From: Macrostomum lignano
Lineage: Eukaryota
Length of the DNA: 64,000 nucleotides
Direction of reading: 5' to 3'
Assembly: GCA_002269645.1 (NCBI GenBank)
Contig: NIVC01001203.1
Coordinates: forward strand, 62,001-126,000
Part shown: piece after piece, positions 24,190-35,499 of the stretch
How positions within the stretch are numbered: the stretch's first letter is position 1
Layout: every line of letters starts with the position of its first letter
Program-made: the position numbers and the translations under genes
Notes under the pieces: generated by a model
Databases searched by the model: none
What the model was told of the DNA's origin: nothing
The model's input: the letters and a program-made list of their open reading frames with translations, nothing else

Positions 24190-24642
24190 TCAGTTTCGTT
24201 TGTTCTGTATGCTGCGCACGAGACTAGCAGTACCCGCAGCTGTACCTGCAATGCCGGAGGTGATTCCAAGAGCCGTGGTGATGGATGGTAATGCTGCCGT
24301 TACTGCGGCCACAATCGGCGCGAGGAACGGCAGAAAACCTCCGTGTTGTACAATGATTCTTTTTTTCTCAGTCAAAGAATGACCACCCGAAACGAGCTTC
24401 TGAATAGGCCGACAATGTTTTTCTAATCTTTTCCGGTCCGCGTGGCGGAGTGGCACTCGCTGCCGCACGATATTGATCAAGAACTCGACTATACAACGCA
24501 CTTCCGCTAGACTGAGAGTCTTAAGGAAATCTCGTCTGGTTTTTCTATCACGCAGTCGAGCAACAATGTGCAGAATTTCCGCGCAGTTTGTGATCGAAGA
24601 TGCACTCTTTCTCGCTTTATGCGTTAATCGTCGTGCGGCCAT
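24190..24642 (-). CDS. Maverick small conserved protein with adenovirus pX (mu precursor)-like C-terminus
   Basis: Intact 150-aa ORF: RCIVEFLINIVRQRVPL...RLEKH...KKRIIVQHGG followed by FLPFLAPIVAAVTAALPSI. Confidence 0.75.
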   Translation of the reverse strand: MAARRLTHKARKSASSITNCAEILHIVARLRDRKTRRDFLKTLSLAEVRCIVEFLINIVRQRVPLRHADRKRLEKHCRPIQKLVSGGHSLTEKKRIIVQHGGFLPFLAPIVAAVTAALPSITTALGITSGIAGTAAGTASLVRSIQNKRN

Positions 24643-24693
24643 ATCCTACTCTGCTTACTCCATATTTAATGATGTGCTTGTTTGCTTATAAAT

Positions 24694-25640
24694 CTAGTCG
24701 GTTTTTGGGTGGAAATGCAGCACCACTACGCAATGTGCATCCGGCTGGAAAGTGAGAGGATTTCCCTGTTCGTCCCCTAACCGAATGGTGATTTCGTCGA
24801 TGTTTTGTCGATTCGTTGGCAAATAGTAGGGATTTGGGATCATACCGTCTTGGGGCTGAAGTTGGCCCCCTGTTTGAGGGTGCAACGGCATAATCCGCAG
24901 AAGGGGCACAAGGAGACTGCCAACCGCTTGGTATTCAATTATATCAGTGTAGCAGTGCATGTAGACAGTCTTTCCCCGAACGCTTTTTTCGATGGGTGAT
25001 GTTAGCGCTATGGCTCTAATCATCCAGGCCTTGTTCTTCTGCCAATACTTATCTAGCGCTCGGTCCCCCTCGCTCTTCCCAGGCGCCTGTCTCATTATTA
25101 ATTCTGTACTACCAATAAGAGCTATAGCTTCGCTTGGTCTCAGACGGAAATCGAAATCAAGGTCGGCTATGTATTCAGTTGAGCTTTTCGCTCTCTCGTA
25201 ATAGCTGCTATAGCTTCCTTCCTCACCAATGAGTGGACTCCGAGTACATGTAAGAGATTCAATGCTAAGGAAATCACTATCCTTCCCGCGCATTATTTTC
25301 CACTGATCGAAGCCATAGATAGACACGCATGAAATGTGAAGGTAAACGGATCGCTAATTGACTCGCGCCACCGTTTCGGAGATACCACAGGTACTGCCGC
25401 TCTTCCGGGCGACAAAGCAGATAAGCTTCCAGGTCGCCTTCCTGCCTAATTTTTGTCAAAGCAGCCAAAGCATTTAAAAGCAGGAAGACTGTTGCCACGA
25501 GTCTAGCAAGAAAGCGAATACCTAGAAAGGATGAGATTTGGAAATTAAGGGACATGCAGGACACGCGCTGGGCAACACGGTCTGAATCGACTAGTGGTTG
25601 GTATTGGGGCTTTAGCGTGGAGGCAAACATAGCTGATACA
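24694..25640 (-). pseudogene. Maverick minor capsid protein (penton, single jelly-roll); N-terminus missing or frameshifted
   Basis: MHCYTDIIEYQAVGSLLVPLLRIMPL...NPYYLPTNRQNIDEITIRLGDEQGNPLTF...VVLHF is the Polinton penton C-terminal signature (ORF 24694-25326). Confidence 0.85.
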
Positions 25641-25705
25641 GGCTGGGAGTGACTACTCCCTATACCAGATTGCTTCTGAAGTTGCGCATGAGAGTGGCCG
25701 CGAGC

Positions 25706-25907
25706 CTAGCAAGAAAATGGAGGGGACGAGATTTGGTAACCGTGCCTGGGCAGGAAAGAAATTCATCGTCTAGTGGCTGGGACTTCCTAGTTTCGCCATG
25801 CAAAAAAAAACAAGCTATGCGTGTATCCCCATTGAACTAGTGCTTGGAACTTCATATTGATTTCGCCCTGTAAAAACGAGCTATGCGTCCAAAAAATACT
25901 TACTACT
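25706..25907 (-). repeat. Right terminal inverted repeat of the Maverick
   Basis: Reverse complement of 19230-19432; ends ...TACTTACTACT, then TSD CACAGA. Confidence 0.93.
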
Positions 25908-28900
25908 CACAGAGCTTCCTTCAACTGTCTCAGAGAGCTGTGGCGGTGAGCAGGATACATGTAAGTCGCAGTACGAAAGCTTGGGATTGGAGTGGGAATC
26001 CTGAAATTTAGTGTCTACGTATTTCTAGGAGTATATTTCATTTCACATTGTTATATTGCATCTAATGAAATTTATTATAGTCCTGTGTACTCGTAGCAAC
26101 TATCGCATTAATAACTCACTAAATTTGTTTGCGTTTTATCATACTAATACATGCTTCATCAAGTAATTGAAAATTCATGTAGAAATATAAGAGAGCAAAG
26201 AGACAAAGTAAGAGAGAAGAGATTTTTTACAGCTTTCTGTGATTTTCATCTGATTCAGCCAAACCAGGGGTACATGCGGCTCGTGAAGCCTCTCTATCCT
26301 GCCCTCGGGCCCTTTTATCTGTCCTCTCTAATCCTTTTCCCTCTCCTCTCTCCTCTCTCCTCTCTCCTCTCTCTTCTCTCTTCTCTCCTGTCTCCTCTCT
26401 CCTCTCTCATTTCTCCTTTATTTATACCTGTATATTAGTGATGGGTTTCGGCCTTTTGGGCCCCCTTGTGGGGAAGCCTTCGGGCCTCAGGTCTCAGAAA
26501 TAAATCAATTAGAGTCCTGCCCCCCCCACTCCTGTCAGATGGTCAGCCCCATGGTAGCTTGATCGTGTGGCCAGCAGTCTAGGTCCTATAGCTAAGAGAG
26601 GGACAGCGAGAGACAAGCAGGGAGAATTTTGAAGGTAGAAATTAGTTAATCCGCAGATTAGCTAACTCGCTGCCACCAGCCCGTGTGAAACGACAATTTA
26701 TATGGGTTTTTCCCATGTTATCGTTTCCTTCTGCCAACAGTTCAGGAAGACAACGAACTATGGACTTCGATGGTAACTTTCTCTGTGTGATCTCTAGAGT
26801 CACATTCTAAAACTTCAGGCTCCTCTTCAATCAGTATATTTTATAAGTTAACAGACTGTACGCGAGCAAGGAGGAATTGGGGAAGAAAGTGGAATGGGGA
26901 GGCTCAATAGGAGCCGTCGGCCAGAGGAGATTCATGCATCACGCGAGGGTCGTATGGCTGGGCTTCTCGCTCGCCGATCATCAGGACTATTTTTAGGCAT
27001 GCAGATCTTGTGCATCTGGGGAGTTGCTGCCAAGGCTGGATGCTTGTTCACGCATCACGCGCGTGTCGGCTGATTTCTCCCATCCTCTTGCTAACGGCGC
27101 GGTTTCGTTTCACTTCACGTGCTTCCTGGCTCACCACACCGGGACTCTCGAAATCGGGCTTTGCACTTACCTACCAACTAGTGTCTTTTTGCTGTCAATC
27201 TCGAAGTCATAGCCGATGATAAGGGACACTACTGGGACTAGATCGCATTGGCCATGCAGGTACAGAGGGGACTTGTGCAGGGGATTTTTGCAGTGGCGCG
27301 ACTATGGGGCAGCCACATGTACGGATTGTACTTTTGGCCTTCAACGCGCCAACCAGCCTCTCCAAGCGCAATCATTCGCATCCCCTCAGACCATCTGGCG
27401 CCAGCCTCAGCACTGAGTGAGGCCCAGGCGGCTGTCAGACCAGCTTCACAAGGGATGATTTATGACCCAAAAAGCTGCGCCTATGTTATTATGACTACTA
27501 GTATGACCAAACCATATATTTTTTATCTAGTATAAATAAATGAAATTTATACTAGATAAAAAATACCCATAGCCTGCTGTTAGTAGGCTAGTAAGTTTAG
27601 AGCCCATGTGCTAGCGCGAGATTTGGAGAAAAAGTGCGTCCTCATATCATTAAAACGTAGAGGGGATGACCGTCATGTCATGCAAACGGTTTGGATGTTA
27701 AAGAGAGTGGAGAAAGACAGACTCAAATATTGTAAACTTTTTTTATTAAATCACATTTCATCAGATCATTTGATTTCAGCAAAGTTACATGTACAGTCGC
27801 TGTCATCAGTCATCCTTAGTCATTACTCCATGCTGTTGCAACCAGCGAGTTTTGAGTGCCTGTGGATTTGTGTTCGGGACTTTAATTTCTACTTGGATCC
27901 AAAACTTTTGCATGCAACTGGGTTCAGTCCATCTTGCACCGGTCATTGGATCATTGGATTTGGCTGAGACAACAGAGTACATTTTCTATTGTATTTGCAT
28001 TTTCTATTGTCAATTTAGCCAAAGCATGGATTAATGGCTGGTGTCTCACTCAGTAGGTTACTCAGTACTCGTATGATGAAAATCGAATAATGTTACGATA
28101 TAGAACGCAAGAGACGAATCATGATTATCATTTACAGCGCCACTAATGAACCAACGACCCCAAATATGGTAAACGGTGTCCTCACCCTATTGTATTAGCA
28201 CAAATTCTATTCTGTTGTCAAAAGGCGTTTCACCTCATCAAACTAAACCGGAAAAACCGGTTTCCATGAAATTTGTGTAAAAACCTCAGACTCGGAGCAG
28301 TCCCAAAGAATCTGGAGGCAATTAGACATCATAGGGACTAGTCATCTCTGAGAGGAAATCTGTACCGTTTGGTAAGCTGTGGAGATGTCTTTGATTATTT
28401 GCTTTTGAAAGCTGAGTTATTATATTATAGGCGTTTGTTTATCAATTATTGTTTGTTGAACTACGAGTTTAGAGGCCTCCCTGTTCCTAAAGGATTGAAT
28501 AGGACGTTCACTGACTTTGGTACCCTAAAGTAACAGATGGGGCATACGACTTCGATTCCGTTATTTCTAAAAGAAGACGCCCTTTCTGGAGGACCTCATT
28601 GTTATTTATTTAATTTTATACTATTAAGGCGCATTTCTGATATTGATTATCGAGCTCAAGGAATGAATCAACGCCGACAATTCGAATTGATACGCTTATT
28701 ACAAGTTGCTCTCTTATATGGTTAGAGTCGACGAGACAAACTCCGGAGAAGATTAGGACAAGTACCGCGCGCTACACGCCCGGATTGACAAAGAAGAGGA
28801 GCCCGCACTAGTAACTGATCACTCAGGGGCGTCGCCAACGGGGGGACAGGGGGGACATGTCCCCTCCAGTAAAAGATCTGGGGGACATGCCAATGCTTTG

Positions 28901-28964
28901 TCCTCCCACCCCCACTTTGTGGCCCGTTTTGAAAATCAATAATTTTTTGCTGCATGGCAACAAA

Positions 28965-29108
28965 ATGAGTGCCTGCGGCGCTAAAATGAGTGCCTGTGGC
29001 GCTAAAATGAGTGCCTGCGACGCTAAAATGAGTGCCTGTGGCGCTAAAATGAGTGCCTGCGGCGCTAAAATGAGTACCTGCAGCGCTAAAATGAGTGCCT
29101 GCGGCGCT
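28965..29108. repeat. Minisatellite, 21-bp unit (GCGGCGCTAAAATGAGTGCCT)
   Basis: About seven copies; produces the MSACGAK pseudo-ORF. Confidence 0.9.
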
Positions 29109-29764
29109 GAACTGACAGTCGCTCATCAGTATGGGACGTGGAGTGCGGAGGTTTCGTAGACACCTCCAATAATTAAAAAATCCATGCGCGTGAGGCCGAT
29201 CCATATCTCACAGGCCGAGTAGCGAATTCCAAGAAGTCCCCTTCCTGCTTGACGGCGAAGAACGGAAAAACGGAAGAACTTCCATGGTTCGTCAACCTGG
29301 GCCGCTATTAAACGACAATTATGTAAAAATTCTGTCATCAAGGTTTTTAAGTGTGCGCATTTAATCTTCCCGATCTTATGGCCCCGAGCAAATATCAGAG
29401 AAATCATAAAGACAGGCAAGGCAGTGCGATGCATTTCAAGAGCACACTTTGAGAACAGCCATACATGCAGACAGAATGCACTTATACTATGTTGTGTAAC
29501 ATAGCTAAATATAATTTTGAGCCCAAACAGATGCTTATTATAGTGAGATTTACATGTATTGCGAGCATTAACAATTTATTAACAGTTTTAATGCATTAAT
29601 GCAAGTATAGTCCATGCACACTACTCTTGTAGTAAAAGATTTCAGTAGGCAAGTAACGAATATTAATTTCTAGATTAGTTTGTATTGTAAAATCGCTGGG
29701 GTTTTAATGGGAGGGGCCCCGCAACCCTGAGGGGCGTCAATATTTAGTCGCCTGGTGGGCGCTG

Positions 29765-30450
29765 ATCCTGTCTCTTGGTGGGTGCCCCTGTCTCTTGGTG
29801 GCCGCCCCTTGTCTCTCGGTGGCCGCCCCCTTGTCTCTCGGTGGCCGCCCCCTTGTCTCTCGGTGGCCGCCCCCTTGTCTCTCGGTGGCCGCCCCCCTGT
29901 CTCTTGGTGACCACCCCCTTGTCTCTTGGTGGGTGCCCCTGTCTCTTGGTGACCACCCCCTTGTCTCTTGGTGACCACCCCCTTGTCTCTTGGTGGGTGC
30001 CCCTGTCTCTTGGTGACCACCCCCTTGTCTCTTGGTGACCACCCCCTTGTCTCTTGGTGACCACCCCCTTGTCTCTTGGTGACCACCCCCTTGTCTCTTG
30101 GTGACCACCCCCTTGTCTCTTGGTGACCACCCCCTTGTCTCTTGGTGACCACCCCCTTGTCTCTTGGTGACCACCCCCTTGTCTCTTGGTGACCACCCCC
30201 TTGTCTCTTGGTGACCACCCCCTTGTCTCTTGGTGACCACCCCCTTGTCTCTTGGTGACCACCCCCTTGTCTCTTGGTGGGTGCCCCTGTCTCTTGGTGA
30301 CCACCCCCTTGTCTCTTGGTGACCACCCCCTTGTCTCTTGGTGGGTGCCCCTGTCTCTTGGTGGGTGCCCCTTGTCTCTTGGTGGCGGCCCCCTGTCTCT
30401 TGGTGGCCGCCGGCCCCTTGTCTCTTGGTGGCCGCCCCCCTGTCTCTTAG
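29765..30450. repeat. Minisatellite, ~22-bp unit (CCACCCCCTTGTCTCTTGGTGA)
   Basis: Tandem array; explains five overlapping repetitive ORFs. Confidence 0.95.
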
Positions 30451-30804
30451 TGGGCGTCCCTACCACTATCCCCTGTGCAGGTGAATGTCAGGTACAAGGG
30501 GTGTCAAAAGTTGAGGTCCTGTCATTGTCAAGCTTGGTCATCTCATTCTTCATTGATAATAATTTGATAGCAATTTTGTGAGGCGCGACTAAAAGAGCAA
30601 TTCAAGCCAAAATTAACAGACACCAGCAAGATGTGCATGCGACCTTATTAAATGCTTTTAATTCAGTGCAGATGCACTTGCTGCAGCTCCTTCACTTCAC
30701 AATCTCGAGACTTCTCATATTGTCAAAAAGCCCTTATGGTTACTTTCCAAAATCGTTCAAAACTCAAACGTGAGTCAGTGACTTCAAACTTCATTCATGA
30801 TTCG

Positions 30805-31915
30805 GTTTACCTGGATGATTTTCTGGTTGCGGCCGAGAGCGAGAAAGAGTGTATGGATGCTCTGAAAGAGCTGATTAAGCTGGTTCGCCAGTTAGGTTTT
30901 GGTGTCAATTGGAACAAAGTGGTTGAACCTACGCAATGCTTGGTGTATCTCGGTGTGAAGATTGATACTGTCCGTGGAGTTCTTAGTGTGCCGGCGGAAA
31001 AGTGTGAGGAAATGCGCACCACACTGCTTAACTTTTCGCAGCGCAGGCGTCTCTCGAAACGACAGCTTTCGTCGCTTTGTGGCAAGCTCAGCTGGGTCGT
31101 CCAGGTGGTGCACGCTGGGAGTTGCTTCCTAAGACCCCTGTTCGACCTGCTTAATGCCCTGGAATAGCCACATCACAAAGTGCGTGTGTCCGCTGACACT
31201 GCGTATTTTACTCTGGTGGCGAGGTGCCCTTCTGAAGCTGCCTGATTTTCAGCTTTGGAGAAGTTGCACAAACGGCTGGATCATCGAAACCGATGCGAGC
31301 AGTGCTGGTGGCGGAGCCATTTTGCGCAATGGTAGCGGTATGGTGGATTGGCTGTACGTCAATTGGGATCTGGATGCTGGAGGAAAGTTTAAAGACAAGC
31401 ATATCACGTACAAAGAAGCTATTGTTCCGCTACTGGCTATGGTTCGCTGGGGTGCCTTTTTAAATGACAGTTCGGTCGTGGTCTACTCCGACTCTAGTGC
31501 GGCTGTTGGCATGATTAACAAGGGTTGCTGTCGGTAGCCTGAGTTGCAGCCGCTGTTCCAGACTGCCATGCTCATTGCTGTTAGGCGTGGGGTTGAGGTG
31601 CGCGCTTTTCATGTGCCTGGCTGGTACCACGTCTTTGCGGACCCGTGCTCTAGGCTGCACGCCGTGGACAAAATGCGCGATTTTTTATTTCGGGTGTATG
31701 GCTCTGTTCACTGCTGTTTTAACGAGATCGCTAGCCATGCTTTCTGCCCTGCTGCCTCCGTTTTTCTCATTTTACAGGCCCTCCGCGCCAGACTTCCGAC
31801 CGCCTCAACAAGCGTTGCGCGTTTATCCTGGGCAATGCCTACGCGCCCCGCACGAAGCGGAGTTACCGGTCACAGCTCGCGTCCTGGCTGCAATTTTGCA
31901 ATTCCCGGCACCTGA
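30805..31915 (+). pseudogene. RT / RNase H of the Ngaro-type element (truncated; frameshift near 31160, stop at 31535-31537)
   Basis: ORF pieces 30652-31167, 31154-31537 and 31544-31915; only the RT C-terminal half from YLDD is present. Confidence 0.85.
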
Positions 31916-32778
31916 CGCCGCTGCGGGCAGAGCCTGTGCACGTGGCTGAATACCTGGCCGAGCTGTCCACCCGGCTGTCAGCCTTTCGGAGTTGCCAGGC
32001 GTATGCTAACGCGGTCTCGCTGTACTTCAGAGCTCTCGGCCGGCCAGACCCGTGCGAGTCGCCGATGGTTAAGCTGGTGCTTCGTGGTCTTCGCCGATGT
32101 CTCAGTCGGCAGCAGCGCTCAAGGGAGCCATTCAGAGTCGCGGATCTCCTCAAGCTGCACGCCCACCTGGACCAACGTCTGAAGAGTGACATCGCGTTCT
32201 GGGCAGCAGTTCTGGCAGCCTGGTGGGGTATGCTGCGAAAAGCGAATGTGACGACGCAATCGGGGTAGCTCGATCTGTGGTGCGACCTGGCAGCATCGAG
32301 CATCGTCTTTTCAGAGTACGACTGTGAGCTCACTGTGCGGCATTCGAAGACCAACCAGTTTGGCGATCGAGTTCAGCGAGTGTTTCTTCCGAAACTGCCT
32401 GATGGAAGCTTGGGTGTCCTGTGCCCGTTCCGTGCGCTCGAGCGGCAGCTACGGACAAACCGAATCGGCCAGGCGCCGCGTCCGGTTCACCTGTTCTCCA
32501 CGTGGTCGTCCGCGGGATGGTTGCCTCTGACGGCTAGCAGGTTTGATAGCCGGCTTCGTTCGCTCTGCACATCGGCGGGTTTGTCGCCACGCGAGTTCAC
32601 TGGCCACGGGCTGCGGCGGGGCGGCGCTACGGCAGCCATGCAGCTCGGTGTTCCACTGCCGATGATCAAGAAGCTGGGCGACTGGAAGGGCAACTCAGTG
32701 TTTCGCTATCTATCTGTTCGGGACTCGGATGCCAGGGCGGCTGTGCATGGCTTGGCTCGTCGGGTTGGCGCGCTCTAA
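31780..32778 (+). pseudogene. Tyrosine recombinase of the Ngaro-type element (one internal stop at 32266-32268)
   Basis: N-terminal ILGNAYAPRTKRSYRSQLASWLQFC; catalytic R (MLRKAN), K (HSKT), HxxR (GHGLRRGGAT), W (LGDWK), Y (FRYL). Confidence 0.88.
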
Positions 32779-34264
32779 CTCTCTCTCTCTCTCTATGTCG
32801 AACTTTCTGGTTTGGGTTGGGCCAGGCTCGAACCTGCGCCTCTCGTGCCAACTGCCTTGACTTCGTCTCACTGGTTTAATGGTCCGACCGGGCGTAGCTT
32901 GGTTGGGTGTTAAACCAGTGGGGCGTGGCTCTTGTGCGTTGGTGCGGGGGGTGGTGGGCCGGACCTTGGTCACGTGCTCGCGGCCTGGGTGGCGTTTATT
33001 TAATACGGTGCGGGCTGTCGCTGACCCGCCAAGCGCGTATTGATTTTTTTCTCGCTTTTAAGTCTCCAAGGTTTTTATTTGGCTTTTAAGTCCGGTAAAT
33101 TAAAGTTAATAAATGCGCTCGAATACTCGTACAATAGGGCCAGGCTCGAACCTGCGCCTCTCGTGCCAACTGCCTTGACTTCGTCTCACTGGTTTAATAG
33201 AGAGACACCACACCAAAACGGTTGCATGGATATGAAAATAATTGATCAGCCACTCTCTGTCAGTCTGGTGCCAATTGTCATGCCATTCCAATATTTGTTA
33301 CAGGATAAGCATTTTGGGTAATCCAAGCTAGTTTCCTTGGCAATTGGATATTTTGAGAGCTCAGCAGCAATTAGGTACAGCAGCTGGAACTCCGCCATGT
33401 GTGACTCAGTGTTGACTTCGAACAATCAGTGCATGAGTAGACAGGGATAGCAAATTATAGGAAATGATCCGTGAGTCATTCAGACTTTATTGTAGCTATT
33501 AAAAATATTGCATGACTGACTGCTGCAGTGTTGCGTGGGAATTGCACAGCACTTTGTGTCTGCGGTTGCTTTGGGTCGTCATGAGCAGCCATCGATGAGA
33601 CATCAAACTCCACACGACACGGATGTATTGAGGACTAAAATTCAAGCAAAAATTGTGTCATCAAGGATAATTTATGTAATTCAGTGCCATGCAAAAAATG
33701 GCAATGGCAATGCGGTGAGGAAAAGGTAAAAAAGCGGAAACTTTAAGCCCGTTTTCTGGATTTTCATGGCAATTGGTTGAATTATTTGGAGGTCCAGACA
33801 AAGGAAAAATGTGTGGAGTATTACATGTACGTTGTTTTTGTCTCCGATCTGTGTGTATGTTTCTTTCTGTTATAGCTTCCACTTATGCATTTTTAATTCC
33901 GCAGACTTCGCTTTCCTGTTTTACACATTTTTTTGTCCCATTTGCTACTTCTTATCAAATATATACTATTATATAAATATATACAGCATCAGGTAGCACA
34001 TTATGCGCCTAGTTTAACTGCTTTAAACAGCCCACTTACTCGTATGGTGCCAAATGGTACATTTATGGCACAGTTGTGTACAATTACAATTATAAGCATT
34101 CAAAAATAGCTTCAATTGATTCTTAATTGTCACATGTGCCACCAATTGTCGATTCACACGAATTCTAACGAAAGAATCAATCTATTGGCGCCAAACTCAA
34201 TCTGATGGCGCTAATTTACTGCATGTAAGCGTACTAACAATACACTGTATGCATATTTACTGTA

Positions 34265-34915
34265 TGCTTGTCACATTCTCCCCTCTCCTTGTCACCCTCT
34301 CCCTTCTCCTTGTCACCTCCCCTCTCCTTGTCACCCTCTCCCCTCTCCTTGTCACCCTCTCCCTTCTCCTTGTCACCTCCCCTCTCCTTGTCACCCTCTC
34401 CCTTCTCCTTGTCACCTCCCCTCTCCTTGTCACCCTCTCCCTTCTCCTTGTCACCCTCTCCCTTCTCCTTGTCACCTCCCCTCTCCTTGTCACCCTCTCC
34501 CCTCTCCTTGTCACCTCCCCTCTCCTTGTCACCCTCTCCCTTCTCCTTGTCACCCTCTCCCCTCTCCTTGTCACCTCCCCTCTCCTTGTCACCCTCTCCC
34601 TTCTCCTTGTCACCTCCCCTCTCCTTGTCACCCTCTCCCCTCTCCTTGTCACCTCCCCTCTCCTTGTCACCCTCTCCCTTCTCCTTGTCACCCTCTCCCT
34701 TCTCCTTGTCACCTCCCCTCTCCTTGTCACCCTCTCCCTTCTCCTTGTCACCTCCCCTCTCCTTGTCACCCTCTCCCCTCTCCTTGTCACCTCCCCTCTC
34801 CTTGTCACCCTCTCCCTTCTCCTTGTCACCCTCTCCCTTCTCCTTGTCACCTCCCCTCTCCTTGTCACCCTCTCCCCTCTCCTTGTCACCTCCCCTCTCC
34901 TTGTCACCCTCTCCC
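34265..34915. repeat. Pyrimidine-rich minisatellite, 18/21-bp units (CTCCTTGTCACCCTCTCCCCT)
   Basis: Tandem array; explains the GDKERG, SPLLVTL and SLSP pseudo-ORFs. Confidence 0.95.
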
Positions 34916-35499
34916 AAAAAAATAACAAATACCGAAACAAAAGACAAAGAGTTTACATTTTCACCCGCAAATGTTTTTAGTTGTCAAATAGTTGTTATTA
35001 CAACTTCGAAAACTGACTAAAATAGTACATGGATAAAGCATATATAGAGAAATACAATAGTAAAAACAGGTTATATAAAACAGTACATATTCGGTATTTA
35101 CAAGCAAGCAGAATTAATTTTAATAACTTTTATACAAGTAAATTGTATAAATTGCTACTGGCACGGAAAGTCAAAGTTTATCAAGCAATGAGCTGCATTA
35201 TAAGTAGATGAATGCAAAATTAATTTGTTTAACGACTAAATATTCAATATTTAAGCAATTAGCAGCTAAAAGTTTAAGGTATTAGTGTAAGTATAAGGTA
35301 TTAGTTTATAAGTGTAAGGTATATAAAGGTATCAGGTGTCTGCACTACTGCAGGCTTATCTACTGTACCAGCTTCCCTGTTCTTCTCATCATATTCTCTC
35401 TACTCTCCATCTCCCTTTTCTCACTCGTATCATCTCTCGACCTCTTATTTAATCTTACTCTCTCCTCTCCTCTCCCTTCTCTCCCCCTCACCCTCTCCC

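Larger units (their letters stand above)
19230..25907 (-). mobile_element. Polinton/Maverick (adintovirus-like) element, 6678 bp, lacking pPolB and packaging ATPase
   Basis: Both ends begin AGTAGTAAG; ~200-bp TIRs; identical 6-bp TSD CACAGA at 19224-19229 and 25908-25913. All genes on the minus strand: penton, pX-like, unknown, integrase, core-like, major capsid, protease. Confidence 0.95.
30805..33198 (+). mobile_element. 5'-truncated, degenerate tyrosine-recombinase retrotransposon (DIRS order, Ngaro-type)
   Basis: RT (VYLDDFL...LVYLGVKIDT), RNase H (ETDASS...YKEA...YSDS...FADPCSR) and tyrosine recombinase in overlapping frames; 62-bp direct repeat at 32819-32880 and 33137-33198, as in the B1-A2-B2 end of split-direct-repeat elements. 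Confidence 0.88.

Noticed and set aside
27169-27310. Possible minus-strand exon (...DLVPVVSLIIGYDFEIDSKKTLVG, donor GTAAGT)
   Set aside because: Isolated, no partner exons or recognisable product.
28530-29440. ORFs around the 21-bp repeat, possibly decayed transposase
   Set aside because: No diagnostic motif; the longer ORFs are repeat-driven.
29670-30581. RGG/HQETRG-rich ORFs resembling viral repeat proteins
   Set aside because: Products of a 22-bp minisatellite, open in multiple frames and on both strands.
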